NCBI GenBank assembly: GCA_035280845.1
Contig: DATEFB010000002.1
Span: 125,183-189,182, forward strand
DNA: 64,000 bases
From: Candidatus Saccharimonadales bacterium
GTDB lineage: Bacteria > Patescibacteriota > Saccharimonadia > Saccharimonadales > EFPC-124
Reading direction: 5' to 3'
In this document: positions 35,824 to 44,782 of the stretch, in pieces
Position numbering within the stretch: position 1 is the stretch's first letter
How the letters are laid out: every line of letters begins with the position of its first letter
Made by a program: the position numbers and the translations under genes
Notes under the pieces: model-generated
Database searches by the model: none
What the model was told of the DNA's origin: nothing
The model's input: only the letters and a program-made list of their open reading frames with translations

Positions 35824-36786
35824 CTATTCGTTGTCGCTATTGTTGCCGCCAGGCGCAATGCGCTCCCACTTTCCGGCTTGGGCGTTGCGCCAGTGTTCGA
35901 TGTAAGCATGTTCACTCCCCGGTTTTGGCGGTTCGATGCGGCGCCCCGCCACCCATTGGCCAGATGTGTGATCGACGGTGTACTCAGTGACGCCGCCGTT
36001 GGCTTGGCGATTCGCAGGATTGTCGTGGGTCTTGAAATCTTTGACGCCAAGTTCCTTTAAGGCCTTAATAAGGGCAATGTTCATGGCGGTCTCCGGAATC
36101 GACCGATCTTCTAATATGTGGCGTAGCCGCTCTCGCCCTTCGCTACCTACTGTAGTGGCGATGGCGTCCATATAGCGGTTGAGCATAGCATGCGAGAATA
36201 CCAGTTCGCCCGGCCTTACGCCGTGTTTTTCGAGTGCAGAGATTCCCCGCAAGGCACCACCGAGCGGGCTTTCGCCCTGGTTCTCTCCCTCGCCGCCTAA
36301 TCGCATGACCCATGACGCGTAGTCTTCGATATCTTTTTGATCTAACTTTCCTGTAAGGCTTAACTCGCCCATAAAGCGAGCCAGCTTCTCTTTACGGAGC
36401 TGCTTTGTGCGCTCGCGGGCGTGAACGCCCTCCCAGCCCTTTTGAGATATTTCTTTAAGGCCGTCTTCTTCGTTTGGTGCTACCTCGCCAATGAGCACTG
36501 GCTTAGGCTCGATACTGGCACGCACGAAGGCATCTGCAGATTCCTTGGCTCGCGTGAGCGTTGAGCTACTGACATGTTGCACGTAAATTCCAGCCGCTAC
36601 TAAGGCCGGAGCGGCAAGTTCTACCTGGAGCACACCAGCTGGAGTTAGACCATTTGGCTCATTCGGTTTATCTTCACCGCGGCCTTGTGACAGTTCGTCA
36701 GCATTTCCAAAGGATTCACCGTGGCGGCCCAAGTAGAAGGGATGCTGATCGAGCTCAGGATGATAGGGCGAATCGGCATTCATCAA
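35824..36786 (-). CDS. histidine phosphatase (phosphoglycerate-mutase-like) family protein with C-terminal extension
   Basis: RHGES motif (FYLGRHGESFGN) and downstream SHA motif. About 90 extra C-terminal residues. Confidence 0.7.
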   Translation of the reverse strand: MMNADSPYHPELDQHPFYLGRHGESFGNADELSQGRGEDKPNEPNGLTPAGVLQVELAAPALVAAGIYVQHVSSSTLTRAKESADAFVRASIEPKPVLIGEVAPNEEDGLKEISQKGWEGVHARERTKQLRKEKLARFMGELSLTGKLDQKDIEDYASWVMRLGGEGENQGESPLGGALRGISALEKHGVRPGELVFSHAMLNRYMDAIATTVGSEGRERLRHILEDRSIPETAMNIALIKALKELGVKDFKTHDNPANRQANGGVTEYTVDHTSGQWVAGRRIEPPKPGSEHAYIEHWRNAQAGKWERIAPGGNNSDNE

Positions 36787-36813
36787 ATAAAAATCATAGA
36801 CAATTTAAAATCA

Positions 36814-36890
36814 TGGTACGCCCGGCAAGATTCGAACTTGCGACCCCTTGGTTCGAAGCCAAGTACTCTAATCCACTGAGCTACGGGCGC
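36814..36890 (-). tRNA. tRNA-Arg (anticodon TCG), CCA encoded
   Basis: Acceptor GCGCCCG/CGGGCGT, anticodon loop CTTCGAA, T-loop TTCGAAT. Confidence 0.9.
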
Positions 36891-36960
36891 GTACAGATGA
36901 CATTATAGCAGGTTATTGGGGTGGAGTGACGTAGTCTGTTTTTTGTTGCATTATATAGGA

Positions 36961-37896
36961 ATGCTATCGATTTATGAGGCAGTTGTGGCGATTCCGGCCG
37001 GGCGATACATCGTCGCAGTTTCTGGCGGGGTTGATTCGATGGTGCTACTCGATGTTTTGCGCAGGCGCACAGATATGGATCTCATTGTTGCGCATGCCAA
37101 CCACGGCATTCGGAGTGATTCGCACCTTGACGAGCAACTTGTTGCAGCGTTTTGTAGGTCGCACAATATTGAGTATATTTCTAAAGAGTTGCATCTTAAG
37201 CAAAATGTAAGCGAAGGACATGCGCGTGATGCTCGGTATGAGTTTTTGCAAAGTTGTCGCATAAGGCAGAGGGCTGGCGCAATTATCACAGCTCATCATC
37301 AGGATGACCTACTGGAAACGGTAGTCATTAATCTTATGCGTGGTACGGGCTGGCGAGGAATTGCACCTTTTTCGTCAGGTAAAACAATTTTGCGACCACT
37401 CGTAGATGTTTCAAAATCAGAACTTATTATGTATGCCGCAAAGAATGCCGTGCCGTTCCGAGAAGACAGCACGAATGCCGGCCAGAGCTACTTGCGAAAC
37501 TACGTTAGGTTGACTGTTATTCCAGCTTTAGATCAGCAAAATAATGATTGGCGGGCAGATATATTGCGATTAATTCGCAATCAAGTACAATTGCGTCGCA
37601 CAATAGAAGCCGAACTCGACATGACTCTTACTTCTTACATCTTACGCAAAGACGGCAAAGCTGTTTCGGAACGCTATATGTGGTGTATGTTGCCACGCAT
37701 CATAGGGTATGAGTTGTTACAGCAATTGTTCCGCTCAACCCTGGGCTACAGTCTGGTGCGAGAGCTTGCCGATGCGTCGTTGTTGTTTGCGAAAGTTGCA
37801 AAGCCTGGGAAGCGAATGCTGCTTGGCGATGCCTGGCAATTGCGTGTTACGCACCGCGAGCTCATTGTCGAGCCCCGCATCTCCGTGGTAAAGTAG
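36961..37896 (+). CDS. tilS: tRNA(Ile)-lysidine synthase
   Basis: PP-loop VAVSGGVDSMVLL and AHHQDDLLET motif. The ATG at 36961 is preferred. Confidence 0.85.
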   Translation: MLSIYEAVVAIPAGRYIVAVSGGVDSMVLLDVLRRRTDMDLIVAHANHGIRSDSHLDEQLVAAFCRSHNIEYISKELHLKQNVSEGHARDARYEFLQSCRIRQRAGAIITAHHQDDLLETVVINLMRGTGWRGIAPFSSGKTILRPLVDVSKSELIMYAAKNAVPFREDSTNAGQSYLRNYVRLTVIPALDQQNNDWRADILRLIRNQVQLRRTIEAELDMTLTSYILRKDGKAVSERYMWCMLPRIIGYELLQQLFRSTLGYSLVRELADASLLFAKVAKPGKRMLLGDAWQLRVTHRELIVEPRISVVK

Positions 37897-37932
37897 GCCT
37901 ACTAATAGTTTTCTCGCAAAGGACTTATATCG

Positions 37933-39780
37933 GTGAAACCAACCAAGCAACCCTCTAAATTCATGCGGCTCACTATTTTCTGGGCCCTCATTATTGTTGT
38001 GGCTCTGATTTTGTGGGCTGTCTACGCACCTCAACAAAGCCTTAAGGAGGTATCCTTCAGTGATGTGATACGCCGGGCAAACGCCGGCGAAATTGCCAAA
38101 ATAGAGATTGAAGGCAACGACCTGACAATTACATCAAAAGGGAGTGACAAGCCAAATGAGAAGTCCGTCAAAGAAGACGGCAGCAGCATTTACGAGCAAG
38201 GATTAAAGCAGGACAGCAAAACGGAAGTTGCAGTCAAGAAACCATCTGACACAAGCAATACGATCTGGAATGTTGCCAGTATTCTGTTGCCCGTACTGCT
38301 GTTCGGCGGGTTCTTCTACCTGATGTTCCGCCAAGCCCAGGGGCAAAGCAACCAGGCGCTCGGATTTGGCCGCTCAAAAGCTCGGCTGTACGGTAACGAA
38401 AAAGAGAAAGTTGTCTTTACGGACATAGCCGGCAACAACGAAGCCAAGCAAGACCTTGTAGAAGTCGTTGATTTCCTGAAGCATCCAAAGAAATTCAAGG
38501 ATGTTGGCGCTAAGATTCCAAAAGGCGTACTACTTGTAGGTCCTCCCGGTACTGGTAAAACAATGCTTGCGCGTGCTGTCGCTGGTGAAGCCGGTGTGCC
38601 ATTCTTTAGCATCTCTGGTTCTGAATTCGTAGAAATGTTTGTCGGTGTTGGTGCTAGTCGTGTACGCGATCTGTTCGCCAAGGCGCAAAAGAATGCCCCT
38701 TGCATCATTTTCATCGACGAGATCGACGCTGTTGGCCGTCGCCGCGGAAGCGGTATGGGCGGTGGGCATGACGAACGGGAACAAACGCTTAACCAGATTT
38801 TGGTAGAGATGGACGGATTCGAGCAGGACACAAACGTTATTGTGCTTGCTGCGACCAACCGTTCTGACGTGCTTGACCCTGCCCTGCTTCGCCCGGGCCG
38901 GTTTGACCGCCGCGTGCAAATTGGTCTGCCAGAGCGCCGCGACCGCGAAGCCATCCTTAAGGTTCATTTTGCCAACAAGCCTGTTGAAGAAGATGTTGAT
39001 ATCGATTCACTTGCCGCTAAAACCGCCGGTTCGTCTGGTGCAGACCTGGCTAACATGGCTAACGAGTCGGCGATTATTGCCGCTCGCCACAACCGCAAGA
39101 AGATCAACAATAAAGATGTCGTAGAGGCATTCGAGAAGGTTGCGATTGGCCCAGAGCGCAAGACTAAGGTTATGAGCGAATCTGAACGTGAGATGACCGC
39201 CTACCACGAAGCTGGCCATGCTATTGTCGGCCACGTACTGCCAGACAGCGACCCTGTGCACAAAGTGACAATCATCCCTCGTGGTGGTACGGGCGGCGTA
39301 ACCTGGTTCTTGCCTCCACAGGACCGTGTGTATACGAGCATCGTTGAATTCAAAGATGTGCTTGCCCGTTGTGTCGGTGGCCGTATTGCTGAAAAAGTGA
39401 AGTATGGCGAAGATCGCGTAACCACTGGCGCCGGCGACGACCTGCGCAAGGCAACGCAGATTGCCCGCGATATGGTTGTAGAGCAAGGCATGGGCAAAGG
39501 CCTACGAGACATGGTGTTCCACGAAGACCAGGGCGGCATGATGTTTGACCGCATGGTTCACGAGCGCCCATACTCCGAGGAGACTGCAAAACTGATTGAT
39601 AAAGAAGTTGAAGACTTGCTTCGTGAAGCCGTTGTGCGTGCCGAAGCGATCATCCGCAAGAACCCGCAGTCAATCAAACGACTTGCCGATGCACTCCTTA
39701 AAGAAGAGACTGTCGAAGGTCCCGAAGTCAAAGAGCTTCTGGCTGATGCCAAGCTGCCAAAAGAAGCTGCTCTGTACTAG
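37933..39780 (+). CDS. ftsH: ATP-dependent zinc metalloprotease FtsH
   Basis: Two TM helices, AAA motifs ([17 protein letters not shown]), SRH, and HEAGHAIV zinc site. Confidence 0.95.
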   Translation: MKPTKQPSKFMRLTIFWALIIVVALILWAVYAPQQSLKEVSFSDVIRRANAGEIAKIEIEGNDLTITSKGSDKPNEKSVKEDGSSIYEQGLKQDSKTEVAVKKPSDTSNTIWNVASILLPVLLFGGFFYLMFRQAQGQSNQALGFGRSKARLYGNEKEKVVFTDIAGNNEAKQDLVEVVDFLKHPKKFKDVGAKIPKGVLLVGPPGTGKTMLARAVAGEAGVPFFSISGSEFVEMFVGVGASRVRDLFAKAQKNAPCIIFIDEIDAVGRRRGSGMGGGHDEREQTLNQILVEMDGFEQDTNVIVLAATNRSDVLDPALLRPGRFDRRVQIGLPERRDREAILKVHFANKPVEEDVDIDSLAAKTAGSSGADLANMANESAIIAARHNRKKINNKDVVEAFEKVAIGPERKTKVMSESEREMTAYHEAGHAIVGHVLPDSDPVHKVTIIPRGGTGGVTWFLPPQDRVYTSIVEFKDVLARCVGGRIAEKVKYGEDRVTTGAGDDLRKATQIARDMVVEQGMGKGLRDMVFHEDQGGMMFDRMVHERPYSEETAKLIDKEVEDLLREAVVRAEAIIRKNPQSIKRLADALLKEETVEGPEVKELLADAKLPKEAALY

Positions 39781-39794
39781 AGTTAAGCGTTAGT

Positions 39795-39828
39795 AAAAAA
39801 TGCCCGCACACACGTACGGGCATTTTTG
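39795..39828 (+). terminator. intrinsic terminator after ftsH
   Basis: ATGCCCG / CGGGCAT stem flanked by an A-run and TTTTT. Confidence 0.6.
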
Positions 39829-39857
39829 TTGAAAATTTCTTAATAAAATGGTATAAT
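39829..39857 (+). promoter_or_regulatory. candidate promoter of cassette G
   Basis: TTGAAA, 17 nt, TATAAT with an extended TG (tgGTATAAT). Confidence 0.5.
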
Positions 39858-39873
39858 ATGCAAGTTAGCAGCA

Positions 39874-40608
39874 ATGCAACAACGACAAACAGATTGGACA
39901 GTCATGACTGCCGCAGCTTTCGACGCCCTTGGGCGCTTCGCACTGACCGGCACGGACTACACCACGGCCATGACCTACCGCTACTTCTACGGCGACCCGG
40001 CGGAACTCGAGCTGGTGATCGCCAAGGGCCACGAGATCGTGCTGCCCGTCGAGGTGCCGGACCAGGGCACGGAGGGCACGGTTACGGGAACGTCAAAGGT
40101 GCGCGTGTTACTGCGCACTACCGACGGTGCGCTGCTCCTGCGGGCACGTGTGGAGTGGCAGACGTCTCAGGGCCACCAGCACGCCGCACAGGCTGCCTAT
40201 GCCATCGCTTCCCGTGAGATGGCGCAGAAAGTCACGGAAACGATGGCCGATGTCATGGCCTCGCCCTTGCCTGATGATAACCCGACTCCTCAGGACCGGG
40301 AACGCATCAGGCGTGCTGCGGGTGCCGACATCGCCATCACCATCGAGGTGAACGGAAGCTGGGAGCACGAGTACCCGGGTGTCCTCAACAACGAGGATGA
40401 CTTCGAGGCCTATGCTCGGCTCAACGAAGCCGCAAGGTCTGTGATCGACGCCCGCGTCGAGTACCACGAACGTGCCGTCGACGCGCTGATCACGGCTCAT
40501 CCCGAGATGCTGTGCATGCTCACTCCCACCGACATGGGCTCGGTCCACCCGGATGAGCTGGAGAAGCTCCTCTCCTGGCTGTCTCGCCAACCGGTCTACA
40601 CTGTGTGA
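39874..40608 (+). CDS. hypothetical cytoplasmic protein (GC-rich cassette G)
   Basis: 244 aa (alternative ATG at 39904, where the GC-rich stretch begins). GC-rich third positions, with a long antisense shadow ORF. No family recognised. Confidence 0.6.
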   Translation: MQQRQTDWTVMTAAAFDALGRFALTGTDYTTAMTYRYFYGDPAELELVIAKGHEIVLPVEVPDQGTEGTVTGTSKVRVLLRTTDGALLLRARVEWQTSQGHQHAAQAAYAIASREMAQKVTETMADVMASPLPDDNPTPQDRERIRRAAGADIAITIEVNGSWEHEYPGVLNNEDDFEAYARLNEAARSVIDARVEYHERAVDALITAHPEMLCMLTPTDMGSVHPDELEKLLSWLSRQPVYTV

Positions 40609-40615
40609 CATGCTT

Positions 40616-40645
40616 CTGGCGCGGCGGCCCCGGTTGCCGCGCCAG
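40616..40645 (+). terminator. GC-rich stem-loop after cassette G
   Basis: CTGGCGCGGC / GCCGCGCCAG, a perfect 10-bp stem 8 nt after the stop, with no T-tract. Confidence 0.45.
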
Positions 40646-40811
40646 GGCATGCGCCCAATCTGTTTGTTGAATGCTCCACAACTGTGCAGTTGTGCTGATG
40701 AGTCCAAAAGGACGAAAGCGCCAAACCCGTATATCCCGCCGTCTGCGGGTCGTTCGGAACTGGTTTTACTGGTATAATAAACCTCAAACCAACCGGCGTA
40801 TTTCCCTAAAC

Positions 40812-42464
40812 ATGGTTAAAAAATTCTTTGCCCGTGCCAATGGCCGCTTGAGTGTGGGATTGGCCGCCTCGCTGCTCGCTGGCTCGACCCTTATCTCGAG
40901 CCTTCTTGGGTTGTACCGCGAGAAACTGCTCCTTACAGCGTACTACCCGGGCACTGTTGACGGCGTGTACCACGCCGGCTACCCTCAGGGGCTCGATGCG
41001 TATAAGGTCGCCTTCACTATTCCGGATTTCATGTTTTTTTTGTTGGTGTCGGGCGCGCTCAGTGTTACGCTGATTCCTGTTTTTAACCAGCGGCTGGCGG
41101 CAGGCAATAAAAAGTCTGCGTGGGAGCTAAGCTCCAGCCTTATTAACCTGTTCGCGATTGCCACGTTTGTGGCGAGTATCTTAATCATTATTTTCGCGGA
41201 GCCACTCATCCAGTACATTGTTGCGCCAGGGCTCGATGAAGACACGCGTGGCCTTGCCGTTTCGTTGATGCGCGTTATTGCTATTAACCCATTCCTGTTC
41301 TCTATTTCGACGGTGCTTGCCAGTATGCAGCAAGCAGTTGGTCGGTTCTTCTTTTATGCACTGGCGCCGACCACCTATTCCATTGGTATCATCTTCGGTA
41401 TTCTGTTCCTGACAAATAAAATCACCATCTTTGGCGTGACCGTTTTTGAAGGCGGCATTATGGGCGTCGCGCTTGGTGTGGTGCTTGGTTCGATCTTGCA
41501 GTTGATCGTCAGTAGCATTGGCATGATCGGCCTGGACTTCAAGTACCAGTTTAAGATTTTTTGGAATAACCTCGGGTTTCGGCAAGTGCTGAAACTATTG
41601 CCTCCGCGGTCATTCGACCAAGGTATGGACTACTTTAATAACCTTGTCGAGATGAACTTGGCATCGCGGCTAGGGGCAGGCGCGATCACCGCATATCAGG
41701 TGGCTACAATGCTGCACATGGTGCCGATTACGTTGATTGGTGTGGCTATCTCGACAGCGGTATTCCCTAAATTAACCGAACAATTGGCGCGAGGTCGCGA
41801 TGACCTGTTTAGACGCGAGGTGCAGATTTTCCTGCGCGTTATTATTTGGCTGGCCTTGCCAGTAGCGGTTATTGCCTTCCTGGGTCGCGGCTACCTGGTG
41901 AGCTTTGTAAAGGTGGGCGGTGCGCCCGAAATTGCCGATATTTTGGGCACACTGGCGATTGCCATTTTGTTCAGGTCTATTTACCACATGGCCAGCCGCA
42001 GTTTTTACGCCCAGCAAGATACGCGCACGCCACTGTACATTTCGATTGTGGCGATCCTGCTGAACATTGGCTTGGCTGCCTGGTTTGTGCTCGAGCTGCA
42101 AATGGGTGTCTTTGGTTTGGCGGCCGCGCAGGCCATTGTGTCGTTTGTTGAGGTGATGATTCTATTTAGTGTCATGTCTATGCGTATCAAGAACTTGTTT
42201 AACGCGCAATTTATGCACGGCGTACTGCGTATGGTCTCGGCGACGGGCTTGATGTTTATCGTGACTTATGTGATGATTAAGACCTTCAACCTGACATCTG
42301 TCGGCAGTAGTATGTTTGCGTTGCTACCACCATTTATTCTGATCGTAAGCGTCAGCCTCGCATCGTACTTGCTCTTTAGCCGTGTCTTCAATATTGAAGA
42401 GGCAAAACCGGTGTTGCAAGGTATCCGCCGACTAATTTTCAGTCGAATTAAGACCGTCCAATAA
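40812..42464 (+). CDS. murJ: lipid II flippase MurJ (MviN family)
   Basis: About 14 TM helices and an MviN-like N-terminus (GLYREKLL..YYP, FTIPDFMFFLLVSGALS). The ATG at 40812 is preferred. ctgGTATAAT lies upstream. Confidence 0.85.
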   Translation: MVKKFFARANGRLSVGLAASLLAGSTLISSLLGLYREKLLLTAYYPGTVDGVYHAGYPQGLDAYKVAFTIPDFMFFLLVSGALSVTLIPVFNQRLAAGNKKSAWELSSSLINLFAIATFVASILIIIFAEPLIQYIVAPGLDEDTRGLAVSLMRVIAINPFLFSISTVLASMQQAVGRFFFYALAPTTYSIGIIFGILFLTNKITIFGVTVFEGGIMGVALGVVLGSILQLIVSSIGMIGLDFKYQFKIFWNNLGFRQVLKLLPPRSFDQGMDYFNNLVEMNLASRLGAGAITAYQVATMLHMVPITLIGVAISTAVFPKLTEQLARGRDDLFRREVQIFLRVIIWLALPVAVIAFLGRGYLVSFVKVGGAPEIADILGTLAIAILFRSIYHMASRSFYAQQDTRTPLYISIVAILLNIGLAAWFVLELQMGVFGLAAAQAIVSFVEVMILFSVMSMRIKNLFNAQFMHGVLRMVSATGLMFIVTYVMIKTFNLTSVGSSMFALLPPFILIVSVSLASYLLFSRVFNIEEAKPVLQGIRRLIFSRIKTVQ

Positions 42465-42465
42465 C

Positions 42466-44247
42466 ATGAATCAACCCAATACCCGAAACTTCTGCATTAT
42501 CGCGCATATCGACCACGGTAAGTCTACGCTGGCTGACCGACTTCTTGAGATTACGGGTACTGTCGACAAGCGCGACATGAAAGAGCAGCTTCTGGACCGC
42601 ATGGACCTTGAGCGCGAAAAAGGCATCACTATTAAGCTACAGCCAGTGCGCATGGAATATAAGGGGCATGAGCTGAATCTTATTGATACGCCTGGCCACG
42701 TCGATTTCAGCTACGAAGTGTCGCGCAGCCTTGAGGCCTGCGAGACCGCGCTGCTTGTTGTAGACGCCACCCAGGGCATCCAGGCGCAGACACTCGCGAA
42801 TGTTTACTTAGCATTGGCGGCTGACCTGACAATCATCCCAGTCCTGAATAAGATCGATTTGCCTGCCGCGGACGTTGAGCGAGTGAGCCACGAAATTATA
42901 ACCTTGCTTGGCTGTAAGCGCGAGGAGATTCTGGAAGTGTCCGCCAAAACTGGCCTGAACGTCGAACAAGTCCTGGACCGGATTGTAGAAGTGGGCAACC
43001 CACCCCTGGGCGACACTAATGCGCCTTTGCGGGCCCTTATTTTTGACTCAATGTACGATGATTACCGCGGCGTCGTGCTGTATGTGCGCATCGTCGACGG
43101 TGAGCTTAAAAAGAATGACGGCATCAGGATGATGGCCGCCGAATCATCGGGCCTGGCGCTCGAAATTGGCCACCTTTCCCCTGTTATGAAACCTGACCCG
43201 ACGCTTAAAACCGGGCAGATCGGCTATATTGTCACCAACTTCAAAACAGTGGCGCAGGCACGAGTGGGCGACACAGTAACAATTACTGCCAAGCCGGCTG
43301 CCTCGGCGCTACCTGGCTACAAGGAGGCTAAGCCCTTTGTGTATGCTGGCATATTCCCTGTTTCAAACGAGGAGTACCCGGCGCTAAAAGACGGCCTCGA
43401 AAAGCTAACCCTTAACGATGCCGCCCTGCAGTATGAGCTCGAAAACAGCCAGGTGCTTGGCCACGGGTTCCGCGTTGGGTTCCTGGGCCTGCTGCATATG
43501 GACATTGTGCGTGAGCGGCTGGAGCGCGAGAACAATCTTGAGCTTATTATTACCAATCCTTCTACCGACTATCAGGTAGAGATGCTCGACGGCTCGATGG
43601 TAGAGATCCAGAATGCTGCTGACCTGCCAGATGTCATGAAGATCAAGGAAATCCGCGAACCGTGGATTAAGGGCGAGGTCGCCTGTCCCAACAGCTATGT
43701 CGGTTCAGTGTTGCAGCTGATTGTGCAGCAGCGTGGCAACCACAAGAAGATTGATTTTATTGATGACCAGTTGGCGCTCATCAATTTTGAGGCACCACTC
43801 GCCAACATGTTGACCGACTTTTACGACCAGCTAAAAAGCCTGACGAGCGGATATGGGTCATTTAACTACGAACTCGCAAGCTACCGGGCCGAAGACTTGG
43901 TACGCTTGGACTTTTTGGTCGCGAGTGAGCGGGTGGACAGCCTGAGCCTAATGGTGCACCGCAGTGAATCTATACGAGTTGGCCGGGAGATTGTGAGTAG
44001 GTTGAAAGACATTATTCCAAAGCAGTTGTTTACTGTCGCCGTGCAAGCGGCAATCGGCGGCAAAATTATTGCCCGCGAAGATATTCAGGCGAGTAAAAAA
44101 GATGTCACCGGCCATTTGTACGGTGGTGACGTCAGCCGCAAAAAGAAGCTGTGGGCCAAGCAAAAAGCAGGGAAGGCACGCCTCAAGAAATTCGGCCGGG
44201 TAGAGATACCCAGCGAAGCCTTTACCGTACTGCTGAAGCGCGACTAG
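42466..44247 (+). CDS. lepA: translation elongation factor 4 (LepA)
   Basis: IRNFCIIAHIDHGKSTLADR, DTPGHVDF, NKIDL, and the conserved LepA C-terminal domain. Confidence 0.95.
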   Translation: MNQPNTRNFCIIAHIDHGKSTLADRLLEITGTVDKRDMKEQLLDRMDLEREKGITIKLQPVRMEYKGHELNLIDTPGHVDFSYEVSRSLEACETALLVVDATQGIQAQTLANVYLALAADLTIIPVLNKIDLPAADVERVSHEIITLLGCKREEILEVSAKTGLNVEQVLDRIVEVGNPPLGDTNAPLRALIFDSMYDDYRGVVLYVRIVDGELKKNDGIRMMAAESSGLALEIGHLSPVMKPDPTLKTGQIGYIVTNFKTVAQARVGDTVTITAKPAASALPGYKEAKPFVYAGIFPVSNEEYPALKDGLEKLTLNDAALQYELENSQVLGHGFRVGFLGLLHMDIVRERLERENNLELIITNPSTDYQVEMLDGSMVEIQNAADLPDVMKIKEIREPWIKGEVACPNSYVGSVLQLIVQQRGNHKKIDFIDDQLALINFEAPLANMLTDFYDQLKSLTSGYGSFNYELASYRAEDLVRLDFLVASERVDSLSLMVHRSESIRVGREIVSRLKDIIPKQLFTVAVQAAIGGKIIAREDIQASKKDVTGHLYGGDVSRKKKLWAKQKAGKARLKKFGRVEIPSEAFTVLLKRD

Positions 44248-44495
44248 CTAGCCGTGCTTGCAGCTGCGTTCTGGCGGCGCTTGCGCAACCAACGCTTGGT
44301 AAGCAAAATAGCGCTCGCGACAACTAGTGAGATGCCCAGGAACACGGGCAACAGTATGTCGTAGCCGGTGTCTGCAAGGCCGCCACCCGATGGGCTTTCG
44401 GCGCCACAAGTGCTGTTCTGGTACGTACCTGCGCCGTACACGCCACAGTTGTAGTCCGCTGCAAAATTGAATGTGTGTTTGATAATACTCATCAC
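44244..44495 (-). CDS. small protein with C-terminal LAxTG-type cell-wall sorting signal
   Basis: 83 aa ending in LADTG, a hydrophobic helix (YDILLPVFLGISLVVASAILL) and a basic tail (TKRWLRKRRQ). No clear N-terminal signal peptide. Confidence 0.5.
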   Translation of the reverse strand: MMSIIKHTFNFAADYNCGVYGAGTYQNSTCGAESPSGGGLADTGYDILLPVFLGISLVVASAILLTKRWLRKRRQNAAASTAS

Positions 44496-44578
44496 GCTTA
44501 TACCTTATTGCCATTCTAGCATAAACGGTATAAGCTAAGGATACATAATTATGGGTAAAAAATACCCGGGAGTGTAAG

Positions 44579-44782
44579 GTGAATCAATTTGGAGACATCC
44601 TCGGCATAGGTGCGCCAGAACTGTTGATCGTCCTGGCTATCGTCTTGCTGTTGTTCGGAGGCAAAAAGTTGCCAGAACTATTCAAGAGCGCAGGTACATC
44701 TGTACGTGAATTACGCAAAGGTTTGAGCGGCGATGAAGATGGGAAACGCAAAGTTTCAAGCACCAGCGCCGACAACCAATAG
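44579..44782 (+). CDS. tatA: twin-arginine translocase subunit TatA/E
   Basis: GAPELLIVLAIVLLLFGGKKLPEL motif. GTG start after GGGAG. Confidence 0.85.
   Translation: MNQFGDILGIGAPELLIVLAIVLLLFGGKKLPELFKSAGTSVRELRKGLSGDEDGKRKVSSTSADNQ

Noticed and set aside
38316-38954. 212-aa and 145-aa ORFs antisense within ftsH
   Set aside because: They lie inside the highly conserved AAA module of ftsH. The Ser/Arg/Pro-rich translations are shadow-like.
3206-40645. Interpreting the GC-rich cassettes as integron cassettes with attC sites
   Set aside because: Two terminal hairpins do have a single extrahelical G, which recalls attC. However, the cassettes are scattered rather than arrayed, most have their own promoter, no intI or attI is visible, and the hairpins are short simple stems consistent with terminators.
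40108-40707. 199-aa ORF antisense to cassette G
   Set aside because: It is a shadow ORF. It runs through the cassette terminator hairpin and lacks translation signals.
44248-44514. Alternative 88-aa minus-strand ORF overlapping the LAxTG ORF
   Set aside because: In this frame the translation (Arg/His-rich) lacks the sorting signal and any motif. The 44244-44495 frame gives the coherent tripartite signal.
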